DNA of 64,000 bases from a virus (taxonomy: Duplodnaviria; Caudoviricetes): positions 83,117 through 147,116 of the IMG/VR virus record IMGVR_UViG_3300037631_006232; one strand, 5' to 3'. The translations under genes and the position numbers were made by a program. Below the pieces are notes generated by a model. The model made no database searches, was not told the DNA's origin, and saw nothing but the letters and a program-made list of their open reading frames with translations. Position 1 is the stretch's first letter; each line of letters begins with the position of its first letter. Shown one piece after another: positions 29,684 to 37,962 of the stretch.

Positions 29684-30308
29684 TGTCCCCTAGAGGATCT
29701 TCTAGTTCGTGGCTAAACCAATAAGGCTCCGTGAATACTTTAAAAGGAGGTCGCTCCGGACTATTAGTTCCTAAAGAAGTATGCTCGTACCTAACTTTGT
29801 TGTTAGGTCCGCAGCATAGCGCCCCTGTTTTGTCGTCAAAAAAGAAGTTCTTTTGTTTATGCTCTGTCCAGTAAATAGCTTCTGTGTAATCTATACCAGA
29901 GTTCATTTCGGGTGGTCTATAATCTATAGTAAACAAGTAGTTACCCCGCACAGTAGTCTTAGTACGAGTCTGCATAGAAACAGGAGAGTTTACTAACATA
30001 GCTTTAACGTAGATTTGTATATTGTCGCTCAAACAATCCCACCAAGCAATATCGGTTAAGTGTATCTCGGTCTCTGGAGAAGAGTCTCTACAGAAGATAG
30101 CGCACTGCATAACTTTATCGTAGCAAGCGTTATATTTTGGGAGGTACACTTCAAACAAGGGCGGTTCGTACCTAGTGGCTCGGACTCCAACCAAGTAGCC
30201 TTCTAACATGTTTTCATCTTTACCAAAGATGAACTGATCGCTGCCTTTGAGAAAGCTTTCTTTTACCCATACCCTAGTGTATGGGAGATTCTGATACATC
30301 ATATGCAA
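29643..30308 (-). CDS. phage hypothetical protein
   Basis: AGGAG RBS; NLP..RVWV...WDC...EHKQ...PNN pattern recalled from marine phages. Confidence 0.55.
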   Translation of the reverse strand: MHMMYQNLPYTRVWVKESFLKGSDQFIFGKDENMLEGYLVGVRATRYEPPLFEVYLPKYNACYDKVMQCAIFCRDSSPETEIHLTDIAWWDCLSDNIQIYVKAMLVNSPVSMQTRTKTTVRGNYLFTIDYRPPEMNSGIDYTEAIYWTEHKQKNFFFDDKTGALCCGPNNKVRYEHTSLGTNSPERPPFKVFTEPYWFSHELEDPLGDTNEFDYLQQTEEE

Positions 30309-30351
30309 AACTCCTATGCAGCTAAGTTACTAGGCTACTAGGTACTTTGCA

Positions 30352-30384
30352 AGCTAAAAAAACCTGCTCTCACCAGGTTCTTTT
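30352..30384 (-). terminator. repeated terminator (CCTGCTCTCACCAGG type)
   Basis: AGCT-A7-hairpin. Confidence 0.7.
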
Positions 30385-30698
30385 TACTTGGAGAAGAACT
30401 CCAAGTTTAGGTTTAAGGGTTTGCCCACCCAGATTCCCTTCTGGTGAGAGTTTATCTCATCTTCAGGGTTGTCTAGGTGAACTAGGAAGCTCATGGAGGG
30501 GTCTAGGGCTACCCAGTCCTCCATCCATTTTTCAATCCACTTTGATAGGGGTCTTTTGGCAACTAAGCCTATTTGCCCCTTCGGGTGCGGACCCACGGGT
30601 CCGTCTTCGTCTTCTAAGATAGAGAGACCTGGTTCCTGCTTAAGCAAGTACCGAGCAGCCTCTTTCCTAGAGGACCCGTAAATATGTATGTGGTACAT
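30384..30698 (-). CDS. cassette gene, hypothetical
   Basis: AGGAGG RBS. Confidence 0.6.
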   Translation of the reverse strand: MYHIHIYGSSRKEAARYLLKQEPGLSILEDEDGPVGPHPKGQIGLVAKRPLSKWIEKWMEDWVALDPSMSFLVHLDNPEDEINSHQKGIWVGKPLNLNLEFFSK

Positions 30699-30732
30699 AT
30701 TTACCTCCTTAAAGATAAAGGTTATTAACAGT

Positions 30733-30766
30733 TACTTATGCCATATTTGATAAACATATTTGCGTG
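30733..30766 (-). promoter_or_regulatory. conserved promoter motif
   Basis: TACTTATG-N18-TTTGCGTG. Confidence 0.7.
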
Positions 30767-30827
30767 TTACTTTAACACCTAAAAAAGACCTGCAAGGATT
30801 CTCACGAATGCTTACAAGCCTAAACCT

Positions 30828-31406
30828 TTACCGACGCCCTTTACGTTTGTCGGCTAAGGTTTTTCCATGGGGCTTTTGCGAACCACGTCGTCCCTTTCGG
30901 GTTGGTGCAGTCCACAAAGCCTTTCGGTGAGGAGCGGGATACCTGTCCTCAAACTGAGACTCAAATCCTGTGATGTCCGCCATATACGAGTTGGCTTGGA
31001 TAAATCCAAGCCACTCCCAGTAGCGGTAATCTTCACGGAACTCTAGCATATCAACTGAGAGTCCCATCACCCCTCGTTCATCCCCCCATAGCTCTAAACT
31101 AGACTCACGAATGTAAGTCCATCTCACAGAGTTATCAGGGAGTTGATGAAGGAAGTACTGAGTACCTCCGGAGCTTGTGTAGCCCCAGCATTCGCCTTCA
31201 TCAACCTCAACTTGATACCAAAGGTTCCACCCGCAAGGATAGTCCCAATGTTCCTCGGTGGTTTTAAAAAGCTCGTGCTCTAGGTCAATAAGACCCATCA
31301 CACCCTCGAAACCGATTGGAGTACCAGGTACCCATACATTGAAAATGTAATGGGAGAGGATGGTGGTTGCAGGCCCCCACCCATTAAGCGAAAAGAAAAA
31401 CTCCAT
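30828..31406 (-). CDS. cassette gene, aromatic/acidic protein with basic tail
   Basis: AGGAGG RBS. Confidence 0.6.
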   Translation of the reverse strand: MEFFFSLNGWGPATTILSHYIFNVWVPGTPIGFEGVMGLIDLEHELFKTTEEHWDYPCGWNLWYQVEVDEGECWGYTSSGGTQYFLHQLPDNSVRWTYIRESSLELWGDERGVMGLSVDMLEFREDYRYWEWLGFIQANSYMADITGFESQFEDRYPAPHRKALWTAPTRKGRRGSQKPHGKTLADKRKGRR

Positions 31407-31442
31407 GATTATTACCTCCTTAAGGATAGAGTTTTGTTCAAA

Positions 31443-31473
31443 TACTTATGCCTGATTAGGTAGTATATTTGCG
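31443..31473 (-). promoter_or_regulatory. conserved promoter motif
   Basis: TACTTATG-N17-TTTGCG. Confidence 0.7.
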
Positions 31474-31503
31474 TAGAAGCTATACTTATACTAGGAGGTA
31501 AGT

Positions 31504-32334
31504 ATGCAGTATGAAGTAGCAATGAAAGAAGTTAAGCTAGCCATTGTATTACTAGATATTATCGGTAGTACTAAGTACGTACAGCGCGCAGGTGCTGTAC
31601 AAGCTGCTAAGTTATTTCAAATACATGACCGCCTAGCTCGTAGTTTAATCTACAAGTTTAACGGTAGGGAGATAGATAGGAGTGATGGTTTCTTGTGTTC
31701 TTTTGAGCGTACTGTAGATGCTGTTAATTTTGCACTACATTACCAGAAGACCATACCTCCTAAAACAGGCTTAGGATGTAGGATAGGAATACATTGGGGC
31801 ACTGTAATAGAAGTGCAGCAGGACGATGTGTTTGTAGCGGCCAACGCTAAGCGCATAGAATTAGAAGGTATTAGTAAAAACATTGCTGCTAGAACTATGA
31901 GTCTATGTGGCAAAGGGCAAGTACTACTTACCAAAGAATCTATGCAAGCTGTTCGCGGCAGAACTAACATGCATACTCCTAAGAGTACGCGTTATGTATG
32001 TGTGGGATTGTACAAGTTTAAAGGTGTTAGTAAGCCTCAAGAGATATACGCAGTAGGTGAGACCTTAGAAAGCTTACAACCCCCCCTAGGTAGTGAGAAG
32101 GTAAAGAGGCTTGGAGGTCCTAATAAGATAAAGCAGCGTGCTAAGGATAGAAAAATGTGGGATTGGTTATGGTGGTTTACACTACGGGCTGGGCTACTAT
32201 GCTTCTTGGTACTTGTGTACTTGTTGCTACCCGTACTGCTGGATCCTTCGGAACGTTTCTTTTATGGTATTGAGGGATTTGAGTGGTTGGATTCTATAGT
32301 TAGTTATTTAAAAGGACTAGAGGTAAGTAAATGA
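31504..32334 (+). CDS. class III nucleotide (adenylate/guanylate-type) cyclase with C-terminal TM helix
   Basis: LLDIIGST, EIDRSDGF, RIGIHWG, G..KNIAAR, GQVLLT and FKGV motifs. Confidence 0.85.
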   Translation: MQYEVAMKEVKLAIVLLDIIGSTKYVQRAGAVQAAKLFQIHDRLARSLIYKFNGREIDRSDGFLCSFERTVDAVNFALHYQKTIPPKTGLGCRIGIHWGTVIEVQQDDVFVAANAKRIELEGISKNIAARTMSLCGKGQVLLTKESMQAVRGRTNMHTPKSTRYVCVGLYKFKGVSKPQEIYAVGETLESLQPPLGSEKVKRLGGPNKIKQRAKDRKMWDWLWWFTLRAGLLCFLVLVYLLLPVLLDPSERFFYGIEGFEWLDSIVSYLKGLEVSK

Positions 32335-32819
32335 GTACACAAGCAAATCTAAGCAACAAGCAGCAAAAGCAGTTAGATAAAGCTAGGCGTGGTTGGTGGT
32401 TTAGTGTTATCTTTTTAACCATGGTAGTAGGTCTTATTCTTTTCTTAACTTATGTAAAAATAGTTGACGAAAATAGAGATGTGCTTATAGGTATACTAGG
32501 CGTTATTACAGGTAGTATTTCTAGCATGATGGCTATTGCTAGTGGTAGAGATCCTTCCGAGGTTGAGGAGCTAAAAGATAAGTTATCAGCAGCCAATGCA
32601 GACAGAACTGCTTTGATCTCTAGGTTACGGGATGCGCAGATACAGCTGGAGCTAAGAACTCAGCAAATATGTGAACTACAAGAATCTGTGATAGAGAAGC
32701 TAAGTGTGTTTGCAGGACAGAATCCAATACGTACTAGGTCTCCTGATGATGTAGTGCTTCCTCCTCAAGTATCTGAGTGGTTGCCGGCCTCTAAAAGAGA
32801 TGACGAGTTTGATAGCTAA
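32331..32819 (+). CDS. 2-TM protein with C-terminal coiled coil
   Basis: two hydrophobic helices; ATGA overlap with the cyclase. Confidence 0.7.
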   Translation: MSTQANLSNKQQKQLDKARRGWWFSVIFLTMVVGLILFLTYVKIVDENRDVLIGILGVITGSISSMMAIASGRDPSEVEELKDKLSAANADRTALISRLRDAQIQLELRTQQICELQESVIEKLSVFAGQNPIRTRSPDDVVLPPQVSEWLPASKRDDEFDS

Positions 32820-32850
32820 AAAAACCGTCTCTCACCCGGTTTTCTTTTTT
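32814..32850. terminator. repeated bidirectional terminator
   Basis: copy of the 26511 element; its AGCTAA supplies the stop codon of the upstream gene. Confidence 0.75.
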
Positions 32851-32996
32851 TACAGCCCCCCAAGCACCCCCCACATATGTAGGAGCTTGACGCCCCCAAC
32901 AAAGGCTGTTACCAATAGCAGCAGAACAATTTGCACCATGATAAGCGTAGCGATCAACTCGCCACAAGCCTCTCGAATCAGTCTTTCTTTTCTCAT
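32850..32996 (-). CDS. cassette gene, 48-aa membrane peptide (not in ORF track)
   Basis: AGGAG RBS; MRKERLIREACGELIATLIMVQIVLLLLVTAFVGG... Confidence 0.6.
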   Translation of the reverse strand: MRKERLIREACGELIATLIMVQIVLLLLVTAFVGGVKLLHMWGVLGGL

Positions 32997-33057
32997 AATG
33001 TATCTCCTATGAGAAAGGGTTAATGCAGTAGTTCAGAACCATTCTTTGTACTGCATT

Positions 33058-33088
33058 TACTTATGCCCTATTTACCTTAGTATTTGCG
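33058..33088 (-). promoter_or_regulatory. conserved promoter motif
   Basis: TACTTATG-N17-TTTGCG. Confidence 0.7.
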
Positions 33089-33151
33089 CATCTTTGGGAG
33101 CTAAAAAAACCGTTCGGGATTCTCACGAATGCCTACTAGGTTTGCCTTCCT

Positions 33152-33430
33152 TTATAGTCCGAAATTATCTTTCGGAAGTTTGGAGGGGCTATGTTTGGAG
33201 CGCAGAATATCTCTCAAGAGATACTGCACTCCGACTTCGCAACGAGTACGTGCGAGTGGGTTGCACTCGCTGCAGGTTGCACAATGGAGCGCCCAAGTAG
33301 GGTGCTCCAACTTTTCCTCTAACTGCTGGAGCGTTAGAAGCTCCAGCTTTTTTACTTGTTTTATTTCTTTGAGGTTTTTTATACCCCAAAGAACGCCTAA
33401 GCAAAGTAAAGTATAACTTACTAACAACAT
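33152..33430 (-). CDS. cassette gene: membrane-anchored Cys/His (Zn-binding?) protein
   Basis: TM helix then HCATCSEC...RC; GGAG RBS. Confidence 0.6.
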   Translation of the reverse strand: MLLVSYTLLCLGVLWGIKNLKEIKQVKKLELLTLQQLEEKLEHPTWALHCATCSECNPLARTRCEVGVQYLLRDILRSKHSPSKLPKDNFGL

Positions 33431-33467
33431 GATTTATCTCCCTTCTATGCATATTAGTTTGTTCAAA

Positions 33468-33498
33468 TACTTATGCCATATATAGCTGTGGATTTGTG
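33468..33498 (-). promoter_or_regulatory. conserved promoter motif
   Basis: TACTTATG-N17-TTTGTG. Confidence 0.7.
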
Positions 33499-33601
33499 TA
33501 GCTTTGCGAGCTAAAAAACATAGCGGCAATGCTACTATGCTTCTTTACCCTTTGCTCCAGGAGCTCACTACTTCACGGGATTTTGTGAGTAGCTTTGCTG
33601 A

Positions 33602-34129
33602 TTAGACGAACATACTTAAATGCTCGTCTTTGTCCAGCTTCACTTTGGGGAAGTAAAACTTCTTCCAGGCGAAGCTGGCTCCATTGGGCTTTGCCCAAAA
33701 GTGCACGGGGAGTTTAACCCCCTTCACCTCCAGGCTGACATGCCATTGGATAAGCCCCTCTTCGATGAGGGTTTGTCCAATGGTATGGGTGATTTTGGGG
33801 AAAGGAAGCACAAAAGTTTGAGTCAGCCAACGCTTTTGGCATTCCTTCTTCGCTTTCTTTGCTTCCTTTCGGAAGGTTTTCACCGCTGCCGGGTAGTCCT
33901 CCTCCTTATCAGGGTAAGGGAATGGAAGATCTCCAGGCCAAGACAACAAGAACCACGCTTCCTCAAACGCTTTCTTCACAGCGGCAGGGGCGTCTGCGAT
34001 GTTGCAGAACCCTCCCACTCGAATGTCCGAAGACCATCCTGGGATTGAGTTGCAAGCAACAATTTCAGGCATGTCGTCTTTCAATACCTGACGGATAAGC
34101 TCCGCTGGGCTTTGAGTAGTGTTACTCAT
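33602..34129 (-). CDS. cassette gene, hypothetical
   Basis: AGGAG RBS; higher GC than flanks by eye. Confidence 0.65.
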   Translation of the reverse strand: MSNTTQSPAELIRQVLKDDMPEIVACNSIPGWSSDIRVGGFCNIADAPAAVKKAFEEAWFLLSWPGDLPFPYPDKEEDYPAAVKTFRKEAKKAKKECQKRWLTQTFVLPFPKITHTIGQTLIEEGLIQWHVSLEVKGVKLPVHFWAKPNGASFAWKKFYFPKVKLDKDEHLSMFV

Positions 34130-34167
34130 GATCTTTTCTCCTTTCTGAGTGTATTTATAAGATCAAA

Positions 34168-34198
34168 TACTTATGCCAGAAAAGAGAAGTTATTTTGG
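34168..34198 (-). promoter_or_regulatory. conserved promoter motif
   Basis: near-identical to the 26943 copy. Confidence 0.65.
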
Positions 34199-34355
34199 TA
34201 GCTAAAAGAAAAGCTTCATCGGCTGGTTGGTTTAATTACCAGTACTAACTCCCTCAGGAACCAGTACCGCTTATTAGCTTTTCTTTTTACCTAACACACA
34301 TAGCACCCTAGGATTTTAGAGTGCTTTACAGCAGCAGCAGCAGGTATAAGGATTG

Positions 34356-34859
34356 TTAGTCCTTTTTACCTGCTAGAGCATGCTCTTTCCAAATCGCCTC
34401 GGCTTCGGCTTTCGCCTCAGCGTTGTTTGGATCATTGAAGAAAGGGTCAAACAATTCCCGTGGAGCCACCACACCGGCCAGCGAGCCGTATGCGGTCCAT
34501 AGGATTTTATTAGCTTGACCGATGATAACAATGTTCCGACATTCACGCAAAGGACGGTTGGTCATTCGGCTTTCGCCAGAACGATCTCCTCGCACCTGAT
34601 AGAATACCTCAGGTTCATCCACAGGGCTGTCACCATTAATTGGACCCCAGAGGGCGTCCAACAACGGTGGGCAGGAATCGGGAAGTTCGAACGAAGCACA
34701 GATAAACTCGCCATATTCAAACCCATCCATCACCGACTTGATAAAGGAAGCGTGTTCCTCCGTCAAGCCGTGATCTCCGTGAACAATGGTGAACCCATGG
34801 ACGTCTACTGACGTGCTGTCTCGATGTAGGTCATCACCCGTGAGTTTTACTGAACTCAT
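34356..34859 (-). CDS. cassette gene, hypothetical
   Basis: AGGAG RBS; L.DALWGP..GD.PV...EV.Y..RG.R..SR and W.EHALA motifs. Confidence 0.65.
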   Translation of the reverse strand: MSSVKLTGDDLHRDSTSVDVHGFTIVHGDHGLTEEHASFIKSVMDGFEYGEFICASFELPDSCPPLLDALWGPINGDSPVDEPEVFYQVRGDRSGESRMTNRPLRECRNIVIIGQANKILWTAYGSLAGVVAPRELFDPFFNDPNNAEAKAEAEAIWKEHALAGKKD

Positions 34860-34942
34860 GATACACTCCTTAAAAGTGTCTGTGCCCGGGAATCTAACCC
34901 AGGCGTTACGATCGCAGGGACACCATCATTAGTGTTTGCAAT

Positions 34943-34975
34943 TACTTATGACAAATAGGAGCCCATTTTTGCGTG
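34943..34975 (-). promoter_or_regulatory. conserved promoter motif
   Basis: TACTTATG-N17-TTTGCGTG. Confidence 0.7.
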
Positions 34976-35047
34976 CTACTCTCGGAGCTAAAAAGTAGCT
35001 TCGACCTCTACTTACAGGCCCTCGTCCTACAACCCGGACGGGTAGGT

Positions 35048-35377
35048 TTAGTGTCTCCGGAGGTAACCCTTCCAGAGCCCTCTACCCCACCATCGAGACT
35101 GTCGCATCTCGTCTAGGTGGGCTAGAAGTTTTTCCTTAACAGGCCCTTCGGGGTAGTTAAGGAGGAAGGCTTCGTGATCACCTTCCTTTGGCAAGCCACT
35201 TTGGATAGCGGCCGCCAAGAACACTACCTCTGCTGGGAGAGGTAGCTCGGTTTCTATACAAGTCACCGAAGCGAACTTGTATAGAAGTGTTGTGGCGTCG
35301 CACTCACCAGGGAATCCTGGTAATTGCACGACGCCCATCGCCCAATCAAAAGGGCAGTCTGTATTGTACATTCTCAT
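35048..35377 (-). CDS. cassette gene, hypothetical
   Basis: AGGAG RBS. Confidence 0.6.
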   Translation of the reverse strand: MRMYNTDCPFDWAMGVVQLPGFPGECDATTLLYKFASVTCIETELPLPAEVVFLAAAIQSGLPKEGDHEAFLLNYPEGPVKEKLLAHLDEMRQSRWWGRGLWKGYLRRH

Positions 35378-35406
35378 TTTTTACTCCTTAAATGAGTGTT
35401 ATCACT

Positions 35407-35438
35407 TACTTATGCCACAAAGTGGGTATAGATTTGTG
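35407..35438 (-). promoter_or_regulatory. conserved promoter motif
   Basis: TACTTATG-N18-TTTGTG. Confidence 0.7.
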
Positions 35439-35534
35439 TGTATCTATGGGAGCTAAAAAAGTTAATGAAAAGTCTTAGTAAGTATTATTCCATAGCAAGA
35501 CTATTAACTATGGTACTAATGGCGCTTTTGCTTT

Positions 35535-35636
35535 TTACAGCATCCACGCCAAGTCGGTAATTGCTTCGGCGTATTCGCCCACCAAAGCAAAGGCGGTAGC
35601 CGCAGCAACTACTGCAGCTATGATAAAGTATTTGAT
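35535..35636 (-). pseudogene. 33-codon membrane peptide ORF starting at ATC (degenerate or non-canonical start)
   Basis: AAGGA RBS then ATC AAA TAC TTT...; IKYFIIAAVVAAATAFALVG...; occupies the gene slot of a cassette. Confidence 0.35.
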
Positions 35637-35672
35637 AACGTATTCCTTTCTAAGAATATGTTCATTGTCAAA

Positions 35673-35706
35673 TACTTATGCCACAAAATAGGTAGTGATT
35701 TGCGTG
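35673..35706 (-). promoter_or_regulatory. conserved promoter motif
   Basis: TACTTATG-N18-TTTGCGTG. Confidence 0.7.
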
Positions 35707-35715
35707 ATCTGCACT

Positions 35716-35934
35716 CTAGGTATCTTCTTCAGAATTAGAGTTCTCAGCTATCTCTGTAACTACGATTTCTAATAGGTCTTGCATTAGTTGTTCTTCTGCT
35801 CGACACACTGCTTTAGTAGTAAGGTAGTTATCTAGTACTTTATCTTTTAGTTTTGAAGCTGCAAGAAGGTCTTCGACCCCTATAACCTCAAACACTGAAT
35901 CTAGTAACTCTGAGAGGCTTATAGTTATATTCAA
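35716..35934 (-). CDS. hypothetical protein
   Basis: tightly packed - strand operon. Confidence 0.5.
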   Translation of the reverse strand: MNITISLSELLDSVFEVIGVEDLLAASKLKDKVLDNYLTTKAVCRAEEQLMQDLLEIVVTEIAENSNSEEDT

Positions 35935-36152
35935 GGATTATTACTTTCTTTAGGCTTGTGCTCTTCATAGCCGTCAAACCAAACACCGAAGTTTTTAGTT
36001 CGTAAAACAGCGTCTAGGGAAGTCGCAGTACTGTAAGATGTTTCTGGATCCTTACAATGTGCTCTGGCTTGCTCTAGCGTAAGACCTGTTTTTATGATTT
36101 GATCTGGAATAGCATCGTTCTCAAATGTTCTAATAATGTAGTAGTTACTCAT
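35931..36152 (-). CDS. hypothetical phage protein
   Basis: TGLTLEQARAHC.DPETS...WFDGY motif; coupled start. Confidence 0.6.
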   Translation of the reverse strand: MSNYYIIRTFENDAIPDQIIKTGLTLEQARAHCKDPETSYSTATSLDAVLRTKNFGVWFDGYEEHKPKESNNP

Positions 36153-36445
36153 TATTTTTTATTTTCTTTCCTAAATTCTTTCAAAGTTTCTAGGTACTCC
36201 GGTAAGAAGCTTCTTGGATACTCGTCTACTATTCTGATTAGTAGTACTACAGCCAAAACCACATGAGTTACCACTTCAGGACTGATTAACAGCACTACGG
36301 CTAAAAACACAACACTCCCTAAGGTTATCACTGCGCTTAGTACTTTGTCAGTTTTACTTACTAACATAAGTGCTAGATTAACTAGGTCTCTAATAAAGTC
36401 TAGCCCGAACCATAAGGTGGCTAGTAGTAAAATACCTGCTATCAT
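36152..36445 (-). CDS. membrane protein
   Basis: three hydrophobic segments. Confidence 0.55.
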   Translation of the reverse strand: MIAGILLLATLWFGLDFIRDLVNLALMLVSKTDKVLSAVITLGSVVFLAVVLLISPEVVTHVVLAVVLLIRIVDEYPRSFLPEYLETLKEFRKENKK

Positions 36446-36693
36446 CTATAGCACCATTTGCTTCTAAGTTTTGAGTAATAAGTAGTTCTACGTAGCAGAG
36501 CCCTGCACTTTTTCTTTTTGTAGTTTTTAGTGCAGTCCCACTCTAGAGACTTATGGAGAGCATCCATAAATTTATTATCATAGGTAGAGCAGTATGTGGG
36601 CACTTCGTGCTCAGCGAAGAAGTACCACTGTTCTTCTGGGTGTTCTAACTCTACTACCATAATTAAAAAACTAAAGATGAGGTGCGTCATCAA
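36442..36693 (-). CDS. hypothetical protein
   Basis: operon overlap. Confidence 0.45.
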   Translation of the reverse strand: MMTHLIFSFLIMVVELEHPEEQWYFFAEHEVPTYCSTYDNKFMDALHKSLEWDCTKNYKKKKCRALLRRTTYYSKLRSKWCYR

Positions 36694-37021
36694 TAGTTAC
36701 CAACTCTGGGTATCTCTGGTAGAGGAAGTCTATAGAGAGGAAGTATCTAGCATCATCTACGACCTCTCCTTTAAACAGTTCCACTAAGGAATAGAGTTTT
36801 GGGTTACTAGACTCTTTGATGTCTATTTTATCCCAATCTACCTTTTGGTTAGTGATAAAGTCACTAACTATAGCATCTAAGAGAATTAAGTCTCCTTTGT
36901 CTAAGATGATGTTGGGCGTAGGTTGGGTGAGAAGTGCTACTAGGAGAGCGTCCTCTTTAGAAGAGGGCCCTGTTACCCAGTATCTAAGTTTTAATAATAA
37001 TAGTTTTAATTTATTAAGCAT
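36671..37021 (-). CDS. hypothetical protein
   Basis: operon overlap. Confidence 0.5.
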   Translation of the reverse strand: MLNKLKLLLLKLRYWVTGPSSKEDALLVALLTQPTPNIILDKGDLILLDAIVSDFITNQKVDWDKIDIKESSNPKLYSLVELFKGEVVDDARYFLSIDFLYQRYPELVTIDDAPHL

Positions 37022-37298
37022 CTGATTCCTTCCCTTCGATAACCCCTAGTTTTTCTCCTGCTAGGTCTTTATATAAAGACCATAGACTTACTAAGGTGGC
37101 TCTTAGCTTTTCTCTATGTTCTCCACTGCCCTCGGCAGTCTTGAAGTAAGGGTGATAGAGTAGGGACTCTTCTAGAGTCCGCCCTAATAGGTGCGTAGTA
37201 TACCGCACTTCTAGAAGCAAGGCTTCTAGGTGGTATTGCTCACCATCATCGTCTTCTACAATAGTTATTTCTATATTTTGTTTTTTAGGGTTAGTCAT
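37014..37298 (-). CDS. hypothetical protein
   Basis: operon; AGGAG RBS. Confidence 0.5.
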   Translation of the reverse strand: MTNPKKQNIEITIVEDDDGEQYHLEALLLEVRYTTHLLGRTLEESLLYHPYFKTAEGSGEHREKLRATLVSLWSLYKDLAGEKLGVIEGKESDA

Positions 37299-37303
37299 GT
37301 TAA

Positions 37304-37552
37304 TTACTCCTTTTTGTCATCTGACGTTAATTCTATACTAAAACTTACTGGGTATAGAGGCTCACCATCCCATACGCCATACTCATCTACATAGCCCTTA
37401 CCGCATAGGTACATATTCTGTGAATCTCCTATGTAGTAAATACCTGTTAAGCCTAGACGACCTCCACGAGGCTTATCTCCTACTTGTCGATATACCTCAG
37501 ACGAGTTAGTGTGGGTCTCCCCTGTTTTATACAGTTTTAGTTTATCGCTCAT
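37304..37552 (-). CDS. hypothetical protein
   Basis: operon. Confidence 0.5.
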   Translation of the reverse strand: MSDKLKLYKTGETHTNSSEVYRQVGDKPRGGRLGLTGIYYIGDSQNMYLCGKGYVDEYGVWDGEPLYPVSFSIELTSDDKKE

Positions 37553-37733
37553 CTTCCACTACTGTTTCTACTGTTTCTACTGTAGCACTCCAGGTTTCTA
37601 CTAGGTCGCCTTCGGTATCTAGCTCTGCTATGTTCTGGAATACCCAACGGTATACCAGATTCTCAACTTGGGCAATAGGTAGTTTAGATCCGTGGAACTC
37701 TATGTAGAGCTCACACTTGACTTTGTGCTTCAT
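37542..37733 (-). CDS. hypothetical protein
   Basis: AGGAGG RBS. Confidence 0.5.
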   Translation of the reverse strand: MKHKVKCELYIEFHGSKLPIAQVENLVYRWVFQNIAELDTEGDLVETWSATVETVETVVEDER

Positions 37734-37962
37734 GAATCTCTACCTCCTTAGCTCCAATGCCCACTAGGCGACTAGTTACTAGGGACTTGGCCTCTTCTAA
37801 TGAGTCGGCCTTAGTTTCTATTATAATAGTTACCATGAAGCTATGGCTAGCTTCTTCCACTTCAGGAGGCCTGAGTTGGGCGATGTCATTAGAACTGTTT
37901 AGCAGTGGCAGTAAGTGCGTAGCCGCTAACTCTAGGAGTGGGTAGATAGTCTTAAGATTCAC
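37711..37962 (-). CDS. hypothetical protein
   Basis: operon overlap. Confidence 0.45.
   Translation of the reverse strand: MNLKTIYPLLELAATHLLPLLNSSNDIAQLRPPEVEEASHSFMVTIIIETKADSLEEAKSLVTSRLVGIGAKEVEIHEAQSQV

Noticed and set aside
23883-35706. Recurring short repeats as a CRISPR array
   Set aside because: Spacing is irregular and gene-sized, intervening DNA holds ORFs with RBSs, and no cas genes are present.
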